54,871 bases of DNA from Octopus sinensis. Its lineage: Eukaryota. Below, piece after piece: positions 21,323-33,744 of this stretch. The notes under the pieces were generated by a model. It was not told the DNA's origin. It saw only the letters and a program-made list of their open reading frames with translations, and searched no databases. Position numbers and translations under genes: made by a program. Each line of letters opens with the position of its first letter. Within the stretch, counting starts at the first letter, position 1. The stretch covers positions 1-54,871 of the forward strand of contig NW_021833664.1 in the NCBI RefSeq assembly GCF_006345805.1, read 5' to 3'.

Positions 21323-22417
21323 CAGTCCGACCCCAAAATGGGGCAGACCCCAGGGGTGGGGCACCCTCGGATTTTGGGGCACCCCCGCAATTTGGGGCAC
21401 TTTATTCCAAAAGTACATTTTGGCAGAAAAAAAATAAAAATCGATAAAAAATTATGGAATTTTTGGGGCACCATAAAATCATTTATAAGGAATTAAAAAT
21501 AAAATAAAATTATAATAAATTAATTATTTTTTGTTTTATTTTCAATTTATATTTTTATTGTTGTGGTTATGGATTACGAAACTAAATTGAAGATTGCTAA
21601 AGAAATTTTGAAGAAAAATTTATCTGAGAGGCAACTAATGAAAAAGTACAACACAAGTAAAGGAACAATATCAAGAATAAAACGAAATATTGTACCTTTC
21701 TTGCAACACGGCAATACTATTTCTGAGGAATATGACACATTTAAAGCCGATAAAGATAAATTTGATGATCAAGTCTTTGAAATATTTCAAAGACTACGCG
21801 TAGATAAAATTCCGATTTCAGGCCCTATTTTGAAAAAAATTCCTCTTTCTTAATGGAATTTTTATGTTTTCAAGATTTCGAAAACGATTTTACACATTCT
21901 ATTGGTAAATTAAATTTGCGTCAGGTTATGATGCTAATTTCAAAAGGATGGGAGAAAATAGATGCTAAAAGTATTGTTAATTGTTGGAAGAAAATCGACA
22001 GGAACCGTGATTCTTATGCAACAAAAAACTGTCTAACAGATGAACATTTAGATCAAGTTGTTAACGAAACAATTGATGGAGAATGCGAAGACATGAACAA
22101 TAATGTTTATGATACATATTCAGAAACCGAAAATAGTGAAAATGTCGTAGCAAAAACAAAAGATCTGCTTAACAATTTAGAAGAAAAAATTTCGAATGTT
22201 GCACCAAGTATGCTCCGAGATTTTTTTGATTTTCGGCTGAAATTGACGAACAATATCAGACAAAACTCTACAAATAAAAAGAAAATAACTGAATATTTTA
22301 GTAAAAATGTTTTTTGATGTTTATTAATGGTTTAATTTTTAAAAAAATAACAAACCCCTGTTTTTGGGGCACCCCCGCATTTTGGGGCACTTGGTGCCCC
22401 ATTTGGGGGTCGGACTG
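21323..22417 (+). mobile_element. Internally deleted Tigger/pogo element with TIRs and TA TSD
   Basis: TA|CAGTCCGACCCC(A/C)AAATGGGGCA at both ends (23 bp, 1 mismatch). The CENP-B-type HTH ORF (21563-21853) abuts the post-catalytic ...GWEKID..SIVNCWKK ORF, and the DDE core is missing. Confidence 0.88.
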
Positions 22418-23707
22418 TACTCATCTGGGAATAACTCTTGAGGGATTAAATAACATGTTGAATTAGAAAATAAATGTTGCAAAAAAAGAAATACCACACA
22501 ATAAAAGAAACATTAAATTGTTGATTGATATGGGTAAATTATTTGAAACGCAAGTCAGTGACGTAAAAGTACTGATTTAATGTTCAGATCAGCCTATATT
22601 ACAAAAGCACTTTATAATACTTCATTAATGTGTATAAAAATCAATTATATTTACTTTTCTAGTTCATATTTTTATTTTCGTTTTTTGACTGTTATATTTT
22701 CTTAAATATTTTCACAGCAAGCTTTCTCAAATTGATTGATTAAACTGGAAATTATAAGTATTAAAATCTTCTCTTTTTAAAAAGTAACTATTGAAAACAC
22801 TTTTCACAATTTTTTATGTGTAACAAAACCATTTGAACTATTGACTCGAATATTTATAAGAAATATAATGTATTAAATGAATTTGGTGTATTAACTCGAA
22901 TATTAATCAATCAAATTACAAATTTAAGACAGAATAGCGTTTGTATGAAACCTAAAAAATTTTGAAAATGGTAATTATGAATAATTTAATATACTAATTA
23001 AAGTTATTTAATTAGAATCGCTTAATTATAGTCAACTAAAATATCCAATTAAAAGTCAAATCATCAGTGATTTCCTAATTGAATATACAACATTTAATTT
23101 CAATAGTTAAACTCAATATTTAAATAAATACAGTAAGGTAAATAAATTTTAATATTAGTGGGGTTAAAATTCATGAAATTGAGACTTCAAATAATTTGTT
23201 ACTAAAAAAATGTTTTTCCATCTACTTAAGAATATTTTAATGGTTTAGACTTGAGGCGTTCTATATTAATTTGACGAATTCTAACAACTCTACAAATCGA
23301 ATTAAATTTACTGACTCATTATTATACCTTCGGAATGAAAGAAAATAAAAACTAGGCACAAAATGATCCTAGACTTGTTGGATGCAAACGTTCAATATCG
23401 TCCTTTTGTAGGTCGTCTTTATTTTTGACTGTTTTCTGACAATTTTATGATTTTACTCAGAGCAATTAGAGTCCAATATAGTTTCGGAAAGGAAAAAACT
23501 TTTAGAGAAAGCCATTGATAAAGATTTACCTTTCTATTTATGAATACAAATTAATGATTTTTTTCATGCAAAATGTTTCTAATCATATGTGGCGGATTTA
23601 AGCTTCTCTTGGACAAATAATAATTAATATAAATTTTAAAATAATTTTATAAAATATGTAAAATATTGTAAATAAAACACGTTTACAATTATTAACCTTG
23701 TGTTAAA

Positions 23708-25305
23708 ATGGATGATGATCGATTTAATCACGTGTACACAGATCCAATTTTTAAGCCTATTTCCAAAAAGAATAAAAAAGTTGTAATCGGAAAAAGATTC
23801 AAATCTGCTTTAAAAGACAAGCGATTTAACTCTGTCTCAAAATATGATAGCAGAGGAAAGCCAGTCAGACCAAAAAATGTTGACGATCTCAATAAATATT
23901 ATGAACTTGAAGAACAAGCCTCACAAAGTTCTGCAGAAACTGAATCAGAAGGACCAAATCTCATTAGTTCTGGTAAAAAATCACCAAAAATTTGCAGAAG
24001 AAGAATTATCCGATCTACCTACTGAGGAATCTGCGGCTAAGATAACGGAATCTACAAAGAGACTGGCTCTTTGTGGTGTAGACTGGGATGTTGTATCCGC
24101 AAGCGTTTGCATGAAAATGTTCCAGTCTTTCTTAGAGCCAAACAAAGTCAAAAAAGTCGAGGTAAATTAAAAAAAATATTTTTAAGATTTTTAAATCAGA
24201 TTTCGGAAAGAAACGTGAGGAAGAAGATAATGAGAAAGGACTGGGCGAACCAAATTGTAAATGGGCCAATTTATTAGTTTATAGCCATAGAAGCGAAAAA
24301 ACGTTTAAGAAAGTACGAAAGGGAACGATTATTTTATTATTACGCAATAATTGAGTTTGATTCCAAGGAAAGTGCCCAGCTCATTTACGATGAATGTGAC
24401 GGGAAAGAAATGGAGTTGTCAGGCCTTGTTATCGACCTAAGGTTCTTGATTTTAAATTATTGTGAGATTTGTTGATGACAAAGAAGTCTTTGAAGGTCCA
24501 AATGTGGACTTTTGTGACACACAGGATATCAAAGATCACCCCGTCCTTGAGTTCTCTAAATCTTCTCTTCATACGAAGGTTTGTTTGTGGTTTTATAACT
24601 GAAAGAATCTGCCAGTATGGGACAGAGATCAGGCTTGGAGGGGTAACTTGATGGAAAAGGCTTTTGAGGCCGTCGATTCAGTCAAAACTGAAGACCGTGA
24701 TTTTAGTAGACTCCTTGGGACTCGTTCTGATGGTTTTTTGTTATTTTATTTATTCTTGCAGAGGAAGGAGATTTCAAGAGGGAACGGGAATTACTTCTCG
24801 GAGATTCGGGTTTTGAGTACAAACATAAGGCACGTGATTCGAAGGGCCTCGAATGTTCTTGGCACTTTGGTATTTCATGATTTTTTTATTCTTAGGCTCA
24901 GACGAGTCAGATACGCTTGTCCCTCGAGTTAAAGCTTCGAAAAAGAAGAGTATTTTATTATTTAATTATTCTTAGGAAGGAAACTTGCGGAGAAGGGTAA
25001 GGAGGATGACGAACCTCCTTGTGATGTAACTAAAATAAAAGTTCTGTTGATGTTTTTAATTTTGACAGAATGCCATTGCGGAGGATCCGAGGTTTCGGTC
25101 TCTTTATTCTGATCATCGTTTTAATATCGACATTTCGTCTTCTGAATTTAAACCTTCAAGTGTATATGACGCCTTGCGGGATGATATTATATCTTCTCAG
25201 GATAAGAACCCTTGTGGAAGTGCCAGTTTGGGAGAAGAACAACACTCGAGTTCAATTGCTGATAAAATCAAGAAAAAATTAGCAAAGAAATCTATAAAAT
25301 TTTGA
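23708..25305 (+). CDS. ESF1: ESF1 pre-rRNA processing protein, 452 aa, 10 exons
   Basis: N-terminal DDRF..TDPIFK...KRF, TKRLALCGVDWD, LFYYYAIIEFDS...IYDECDG...IDLRF and NUC153-type DPRFRSLYSDHRFNID. Nine introns (25, 25, 28, 25, 27, 29, 26, 26, 28 nt) give a 1359-nt CDS. Confidence 0.93.
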
Positions 25306-25790
25306 TTTTATAATTTTAATAGTTATGTATTTAAACTTGTCGATGATAGTTAACAAGTATTTTGAAATTATGTGTCTACATCAAAATAAATTAGCTTTTT
25401 GGACATTAACGACTGTGGTGGTATCTTCTGAAACTGAATACGCGAACTAAAGAATGAAAATAAATAATAAATCTACAAAAGAACTATAGTAGATTCAGAA
25501 AAAGTCAACGATATGGGTGATTTATTGTCGAGTGGAAAATTTTTTCTTTTTGCAAATTAGCTCTAATTTGTTCGTTGCCCACTAGTTTCGACAAAGATTA
25601 TAAAACCTAGATTATTCCTCTTTTGATTATTAAATCGTGTCGTAGTTTCATGTGTTAAGTATGACCATTATAACTTAAAGCATCAGATTTTATGAGGACA
25701 AATACCATATTAGAAACTTTTTTGTTAATTTTTTTACGAAAAAATTATTAAAAACAAGAATTTGGTTAAAAATAAATATATAAGATTATG

Positions 25791-27021
25791 TTATTTAAAG
25801 CCAGTACATGAGATCAGATTTTTTCCCGGACTAACTGATTTAATCTCAAACTTGACTCCACTCAAAAACTGTTCGATCAACAAAATAGAAGACTGAGTAT
25901 GTAATGTGATATCCCCGCACAAAATCCGCGACCTTCCCTCAGCCAAAGCCATCCACAACACCACTTGATCCTGCATATACTCATCCAAACATATTTCCGC
26001 TTTCACCAACGCGACCACTTTCCTCCCCAACTCCTCCCCAACTATAATAGGGTCTTCTCTATTTCCAAAAATCACAGAATCCCCTAAAATACAACCAGTC
26101 GACGTTTTCATGATAACCCTACAAATTTACCCGACAATTTTACAATATTGAACAGCAACGGTCCCCCGGACTGTCCTCGGTATAAACTTGTTCGCACATT
26201 CTGGCTTCTGGACAGGCTCGTTGGATTATCCTCCTGACAGTGTCTTTTGCTTTTTTAATAGCCTAAACATTAAATAAGCGAAAAATTACTTTTATTGAAA
26301 AATTATTAAAAACATATATTTCTAGGTCCACGGAAATGACATTGCCGGATTCAGTCATTTCAACTGCCTTCGGAGTGCCTTGAGAGGGGACGGATAACTC
26401 GACTTTCCCGCCTCCTTTTGGATAAAGTCCCCTCGATGTTGTCTTTATCGAAGCATTAACTCCAAATTTTTGAATATTTTTCAAGACTACCTTTTTAATA
26501 TAATTAAATAATTAATAAACTAAATTAAAAAATAAATACATTTTCATAATATTTAATTGGTGGTGATGTGGGCACATCAGTACCCCCGCACAATGTCAGA
26601 TGAGAACTAGCTCCTGCAAATACCAGGCAAGGGAGAGCTGCTTGGATAATCAGGCTTATACTCCTAGTGGATGGGCATGTCAATATACCCTGCAGTGCCA
26701 ATATCACACACGTAATTTCCTCCATATATATTTCCCGGACAATAAGTCAGATCGAGTGTACCTACGGACGTCTGACTAATCTTTGCCGATGATATTTCAC
26801 CGATAATATTCACACAGGCCAAATGCTGTGGTCTGATTGTAGAATAGTTAGTAATTACCGGAGACCCGGTATTGGCCTGCCTCCCCGAATATTGTGTATT
26901 TCCATTGGCTGATTGAGAATAGAGGACAGCGAAAGAGCATTCCTTAATATTTGTCCCCCCTTTATTGCATTAGTCGTGTTTTTACCCCTTCTAATAAATT
27001 CCCTTCTACTATTGTATACAT
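25791..27021 (-). CDS. RTCA: RNA 3'-terminal phosphate cyclase, 350 aa, 7 exons
   Basis: LEGGGQILR, PGLRPQHL, GTAGSISL, GGTDV, RGLYPKGGG, LDEYMQDQ and the catalytic-His motif TLHT. Introns of 26, 26, 25, 49, 27 and 25 nt give a 1053-nt CDS. Confidence 0.95.
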
Positions 27022-27119
27022 TGCCACCACAACAATTCTTTTATTAAATTTACTAAAAATAATTTTAATTAAAATTTTCATAAATGTAAAGTAAATATAG
27101 AATTCTTTAATAAAATTTT

Positions 27120-29854
27120 CTACATTTCAAGTACAAATGATGCGGGAAAGTCCCCAATCTGGTCCCCGACCCTTCCAGTCCACCATCCGTTGATATCCCC
27201 TCTCAACATAATTTCGACCTGATCCCCTCGCCTGAACATAAAGTTATCCCCACTGTAATCCTTCACCGCGATTGCCGTAGAGATAGGTTCACTCTCACAT
27301 AAACTCCTTCTACAATCCACTAAAGAACTCTTATTACGTAACTCCTCTTCTATGTAATCAACTAATAATTAATTACGCCTATATTGGAAGTGTTGGTCAG
27401 AATTTTCAGATACATCAAGACTGTCGGTCTCAGCGTGTTTGCCCTGACTGAGTGGCTCAATTCTGTCGGCGGGAAACCAGCCATTTCTATCGCCGACCCA
27501 TCCCTGTGTATATAAACTTGTACAACTTTGAGCCAATCAGTTCTTATATTGTTTGTTTGTACTATTATTTCCTCACCCAAGTTGAAGAAGAGGGGTTTTA
27601 AACCTTCGGGGGTCATTGGAAGTCCTGTGTAGCTCTGTAGTGACGTTTTCTTTACTAAACTCGAATTTATTTCATTTTATCAGTCATACTGAACACTTTC
27701 CCCTCAAAAATATGATTTTTCGAGACTAAATGTAAATTTAACAATTCGACTTGTTGTGGAATCAAGAGATGGCTCGATGCAGAGTTTATGAACCACTCTT
27801 TCTGTGTCTAAACCACATCAGTTTGTATTGTTACGAGTATTGATGTATCCTTGATTGACTAGTCCTCTGCAAATATTACACAACAAATCACTTTAAAAAA
27901 CATCCACAAACTGAACAAAATGTGGGAATCGGAAATGTTTTGAGTTCAAAAATGTTTTCATGTATAAGAATTGTGTTTAGTTCTCTAAGTCTGACTTTTT
28001 TGTATTTACATCATTTTTTGAATTGTATTAAACTAATCGTCAATATTGAGTGGCGATTTGTCATAAAATGTATATTTTGAATTATTCGAAGTTTGTTTTA
28101 ATGAAAAAGAATTCTCTAAATCAGCAATTTTGTTTCAAACTTTGGATTCTCTTTTTAAGGTCACATTGCATACAAGCAAATAATCTTGTTGTTGATATCC
28201 TTGATTCTGTGGTTGTTAATATTATAAGTGACCAGTTTTTTCACGATTAGAACAAGTCGGGAGACTAGGAATATGTATCTGATATTAAGTTATATGTTTA
28301 GAATACCTTCCTTTGAATATCAGGTCGTGTTTGGAGTTTTTTACTTGTAGAAAACCACTTTTTTGAATCACTCCAAACATCCAAAATGGCTCGTTGTTTG
28401 GCTTAAAATAATATTTATACTTACCAATGCAATCTCATTTATCCTATAAATAATATTTCATAAAAATTAAAAACTCTTTTTCTAGTGCAATCTGGTTGGC
28501 TCTTGTATTGATACTGTTTGAATAACTGTTGATAAAATCTGCCAAATCCTATTGCACAATAATTTAAGCATAAAAAACACTGTAATCAAGTTGTGTGGAC
28601 TTGAGGCACTTTATTTTCAAATTTTCGTTGTTTGCCTCTTTGCAAGCTCGCTTAGGTATAAAGTAGGGACCTTACAGTAAAAAGCAGATTATATCGAAGG
28701 ATGTGTTGCATAGGAAGCAATAGCAAGTCCCCAATTTCTTTTTTATTACCATGAAAGGCTTTCTCACATGACTAAGATAATCTACCAAGTCGATACTTTA
28801 ATGGCCAAATGGACTTGTTGGTTGTTTTTCCGGTACTCGTGAATGAGTAATTTTGACTGAACTGTGTTCCCGACAAGTTCTCCATACAAATAAAAATACT
28901 TGCAGTAGCGAGCGTAAAGTTTTGCGATTTGATTGAACGACTTGGCCTCATCCAAAGACTCAACAAGGCTTCTGTGCAGCATGTAAATTTCCTGAAATTT
29001 TTAAGACTTTAAAACCTGAATGTTAGGAAATATTAGTTCAATATCGTTTTCTGGAATTAGTTTGTTCATTGCAGGAATGTAGCCCTAGTAGATTACGATT
29101 AATTTTTTAATACATTTACGATTTTTTTGAGATTTTCCAAGTATATATGCTCCACTAGAATGATTTCGTCGAATACATATCTCGTAGAGGATCGATCACT
29201 GTTGGAAGGCTGTGACTTAATGTTTCTTTCTAACTTGTTTAAGGTCGTAAGAGTCGTAAAATATGTTTCCTTTCTTGTCAACGTCTTTCGAATAATTGGA
29301 ACTTCTTCCCCTCACCAGAGGTGGTCGACTAGTATTAGTCCCTGAATTTACTACCTCGAATCACTAAGAGGAGAAAAGTTTTCATTTTTTGAGATTTCAA
29401 AATCAAAGGGACTAAAATGAACAAAATTTTGATACTGGGCTATTTGTCGAGCTGTGTCTGAGCTGGATAATTTTGATAAAGCTCTCAAAACCTTTAAAGA
29501 TTAGAAAAGCTCTTACTTTGTCCAGATCAAAAGCCATGTCGTCAAAGGAAAGAATATCGCACTGGCCAAAATTGAAGAAATCAATACAAGCAATATTAAA
29601 CTTGTCAATGTTGGCTCTGATATAGAACTGAGAAATAAATGTGAGTGGACTACTTGTTCTGTGTCCGAAGAAGTATCGTATACTCCTTGGATTAGTCCAG
29701 GCTCAATTATATTGACTAAATGACAAATTATTTCTCCATTTTCAATCAAATTGACAAAGTCGTACTGTGATGAAATACTATCTCTAATGGATGGGGAAAT
29801 GACCCCAATTCTTAGCAACCAGTCACAACATTTTTGAAATATATCTGACTCCAT
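27120..29854 (-). CDS. VAV: Vav-like Rho/Rac GEF: CH, Tyr-containing linker, DH, (PH), C1-like, SH3, SH3; more than 12 exons
   Basis: CH: CCDWLLRIG...ENGEIICHLVN...QFYIRANI...KVLRALSKLS. DH: EIILVEHIYLENL...DLLLLPMQHILRYNLL. C1-like: PTFCSVC...GLVNQGY...HKLC. nSH3: QSYTGLP...GWFPA. cSH3: GWWTG...GDFPASFV. Eleven introns were delimited; the PH/C1 exons were not fully resolved. Confidence 0.85.
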
Positions 29855-30169
29855 GCCAAATATACAATATTGTGGCGCAATAGTTAATTTATAAGACCAA
29901 TAGCGTCATCCCACGCAGATGTTGAAAATATTTTATTTTAATCAATAAAAAATGTAAACCATTTTGTGGTGGTAATACCGCAAACATTCGATTAATGGTA
30001 ATCAATTAGCCTACATATGTTATTATTACTGGCAATTGACAAATTTAAATAGACAATTAAGACTGTATTGAGATGGTCTGCAAGTGGGGAATTCATTTAA
30101 TTCAATTTTAAAAGCATTTCCTATAATCAATTAAATGATATTAATTTTTATATTATTTTAAAAATCCAT

Positions 30170-32090
30170 CGAATCAAACGACGGGGAACGTCTTCTCGAT
30201 CTTTAGTAGTTTTACAAAAAAATAGTGAACACGTCTTGGTCTTTATTTAATCGATCAACAACTTTATTTTGACTTTACTATTCACTCATTTGTTTTATAT
30301 GCTATTTTTTGGATAAAATTAGTTAACAATTTTTAATTCTTTGTTGTTTAAAAAATAGGGCTGTAAGAGTCGAACCTGGGGAAACTTGGATAAAAGAAAA
30401 TTGGAAACACTATTCCGATTTACAACCAGATAGACTATATTCTTTGCAAGCAGCATCAAAAAGCCTTACTGAAAGACTCGAGGTCATGTCATGAACTTAA
30501 AACCGCAAACTTTTGTTGTTGGGCTAATACCTAACAAAATTTATGGAATAAACGAAAAACTCAAAAGCACTGCCCAAACACGATACGGAGAGACTTTGTC
30601 ACAAAAAATCCACCAATCGAATGTCGTCACGAAAAGGTTACCCACATCGACAAACGGGGTATCAGATCACTCAAACACAATAAACTACTAGACTCAGCAC
30701 CTATACAATAATCTCGGTAGTACTGCTACTGAGGATGTCGAAAAAACTAGTATTCTAGCTTCGTACTTTAATTCCTTTTTCAACACGCATATTGAAACTA
30801 ACCACACACAGAAACTTTCGAAATCTGACAAATCGAATCGAAAAATTTTATTGTAGTAAATAAGGAGGAACGAGACAGTACTTAGTGCGAAAAAGATTTA
30901 GACAAGACGATTGCGCTGGGGATTCGAGCTCTTCCGAGGTTCGTCCGCTTTTTCTGCCTAGGAGCAGGAACATCTGTTATTTCCAAGGCATTGGTGTCCA
31001 TTGAGAAGTCCAGAACGAGAACATCGTCCGCGTAGAGGAGTAGGGATGTCCTGGGGTCGGAATATATATTGAGAAAAAGCCCGACTCAGAGATAAAAGAG
31101 TAACGATTTGAGAGGAAGCAGCGCAGCCAGAGATAGACTTCCACTGTAGGCTCACAGAGTTGGATCCTTTCCAGTAGGTCTCTGTGCCAGACGGTGTCGA
31201 AAGCCTTCGAAATGTTCAGACATACAAGAGATAAAGTTTCTTTAAACTCCATTGCTCTTGAAATGGTGACTGTACCGTTATGAAACAGTCACTGCAGCTA
31301 CGCCCAGAGCGAAAAACCCCATTGCTGCGGAAGCAGTATTTTCTTCTCTTCGGAGTTGAAGTCGAGGCCCTTGGCCATGATTTTTTCCATGAGCCTTGAG
31401 ATAGTTTTGGTTAGGCTTATGGGACGGTAGCTGCTAGCGAGATTTACCGGCTTCGCAGGCTTTTTGATCATCCAGACCTCTAAGATTTTCTATTTTCCCG
31501 GCACGTGGAACACATGTAAGTCTTCGGAGGCTTCCTTAAACAGCCGCATCGGTATTTTGTCATGGCCCGGTGCGTTGCCTTTTGACGAACGGATGGCCCA
31601 GGATCGGGTGATGTTCCGACGACAGTGCGCGCGGCAGTGGCTCCAACTCTCGGCTTTGCGACGTTTCCGGATTGGCCTCCTGGATAATAAAAAATCAACA
31701 TTAAAAAATCAAATAAGTGTCTTGGAAACTCTGCAAGCCATTAAAAAACTGAACATCGGAAGATCTGCAGAGGAAACCAATATCCCAGCAGAATTTTTAA
31801 AACATTCCGCAAAGCAGCTAGCTAAAATAATTACTAATACCTTCAATCGGTCTCTCAAGAAAGACAATTCATTGAATCTGGGAAAACGATGGCCAATACC
31901 ATTACAAAAACCCGATAAAGCTAAAAGTCTCGTTTGCAATTTTAGACTAATAATTCTACTAACTTTCATGCACAAAACACTATTTCTCATCGCACTACAC
32001 CAAATAAAAACAGAGTTAAAAGATTCTTATATGCCAAATATACAAAATCTATCGAAATACTTGGCATTGACATTTATTGTGCGTTTGATT
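30170..32090 (+). mobile_element. RTE-like LINE remnant (APE about 30170-30490, linker to about 30790, RT N-terminus about 31700-32090), split by a second LINE
   Basis: NDGERLLDL, IYNQIDYILC, EDVEKTSILASYFNSFF and IPAEFLKH...IPLQKPDK occur in collinear order. Confidence 0.72.
30900..31690 (-). mobile_element. Degenerate LINE RT nested in the RTE remnant, related to the RT at 16387-17859
   Basis: NAPGHDKIPMRLF, SYRPISLTK, ISKAFDTVWH and LYADDVLVLD, with frameshifts. Confidence 0.82.
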
Positions 32091-32190
32091 TAATACACCG
32101 GAGAAAACTTATTCAAGTTCTGAAAAGTTTTATTCACCTTGATAATCAACAAATAATTTTGAACTATAATTTGGAAGAAAAGCGTTTGTT

Positions 32191-32813
32191 TTTTTGTTTT
32201 CCATCCAAAAAAATACTCGACTTTAAGAAGGTATCCACAACGGTAACATCCCATACGAGGGCTTTCCCGGACGAGTACGGGAATATTGTCATCCCGTCAG
32301 GCCTTTTGCCGTCTCCCTGATCGAGTCCGACCGGTACGAATGGCACAAATGTCCCGCCGATTCGAGACCGGCCTTCACGATTTCCTTGAGGGCCTTGTGT
32401 CTGTGTTCCCTGCCTGCACTCCTCTTGCAGGAAAGTGGTGGCAGTCCCTTTTCGTCAACATCCTCACCGCATCTGCAGCGGTGTTTTGCGCAAACATCCA
32501 GGCCGAGACGGTGAGCGACTCCGATGCGTATGGCAGCATCGTCTAGCCACGTCCCGATACATGAGAGAGGGAGAGCATTCAGCCAGCTGCCAGAGTGAGG
32601 GGCGGATGCCGCACGAAGGCATGCCAGGCGGTGTTGGTCAAGAGTTGCCGAGAGCTCAGACACAGGCGCTCGGCATAAAATAGTGTCCCAGACATTTTGG
32701 AAGGAGAAATCTCCAGGCCTCTCAGAAAAGGAGCGATCCCAGGTAGTAAGCCAATCCGATAAAGCACCGTCCAGGCAAGATCCGAAAGGTTTGAGTGTTG
32801 GACATCAAAAGGG
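32191..32813 (-). mobile_element. CRE-type insertion with 11-bp TSD AAGCGTTTGTT (32180-32190 and 32814-32824) and an A-rich 3' tail
   Basis: SGSWLNALP...CRCG...HKALKEIV...GKRPDGMTIFP...LVWDVTVVDT, flanked by direct repeats. Confidence 0.88.
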
Positions 32814-33744
32814 AAGCGTTTGTTGTTCTTTAATTTCAGTTTTGTTGTCAGTGTTTACCACAAAAAATTAATGGTCACTGGATTGGACCATTAAAGTCTA
32901 TAAAACTATTCAAAAAAGTCGTGTAAATAAATAAAAATTAGATACAATTCGACTCAATAAACGCAATGTTTTCCAGCTTGTTTTCCTCTTGAAACTTTCT
33001 TCTCATTTAATCTTGCTTTTAAAAAATTAATTTTCTACATTAATTTAGTATCGAAAAAAATCAAAGGTTCAAATAAAATTAGTTTTTAGTTTTGAATTAA
33101 TGCGCCTGCTCTTTCACTTTAAACCAAATCCAATCTCTTCGACGTACACACTCACCCATCTCATAGGTTGTATTTTTGAGGGCCTTTATTATTTTTCCGA
33201 TGACAATTTTGTCGTTTTTTAAAATTAAAAACTTCGAAACTACATTCGTCACTGAAAATTGTCCTCATCTATTCAGTGTTTGACACAATGATGAAATGCT
33301 TTGACAAATTATAGCGTTTTTAACTATTTATTTTGCTCATACATATATTTTCTCTTTTTTTTAAATAATTTGGGATGGATCTTTTTCGACTTTTTTGCGG
33401 TTATTATACGTAGATCATTCCTTAAGAAATCAGATAATTTTATCGAGCGTTAAAATGCTAAAAATTAAAAATACCACGTTCACACGAATAAAAAGTTTTT
33501 TTAAATACCTGTAATTAAAACTTTTATTTCAGATTAATACCAAATTACAAAATAATATCACAAAATTAATTTAGGGTTAGTTTAATGATCCCTTTCGATA
33601 TTTACAAAGAAAATATTGTTCAAAAATGCTGTTTTTTTAAAAAACGGTTTTTTTGTATATTTGTTTAAATACTTAAATATTGTTTTATAAAAATTCAAGT
33701 TAAATAAATTATTACTAAGGAACACTTATTTTATAAAATTAGAA

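Noticed and set aside
23250-23600. Possible small gene head-to-head with ESF1
   Set aside because: No splice model gave a continuous or recognisable protein.
3827-27021. Functional cluster of RNA-processing genes (SKI3-like, ESF1, RTCA)
   Set aside because: They are interspersed with unrelated signalling genes; three of seven is unremarkable.
9898-29854. Most 3n-length introns contain an in-frame stop (NMD-visibility bias as in Paramecium)
   Set aside because: Strong ascertainment bias: stop-containing introns are the ones detectable by hand. This needs RNA-seq-defined introns.
30360-30392. GGTTCGACTC on the minus strand as a tRNA T-arm or B box
   Set aside because: There is no cloverleaf, and it lies inside RTE endonuclease-coding sequence.
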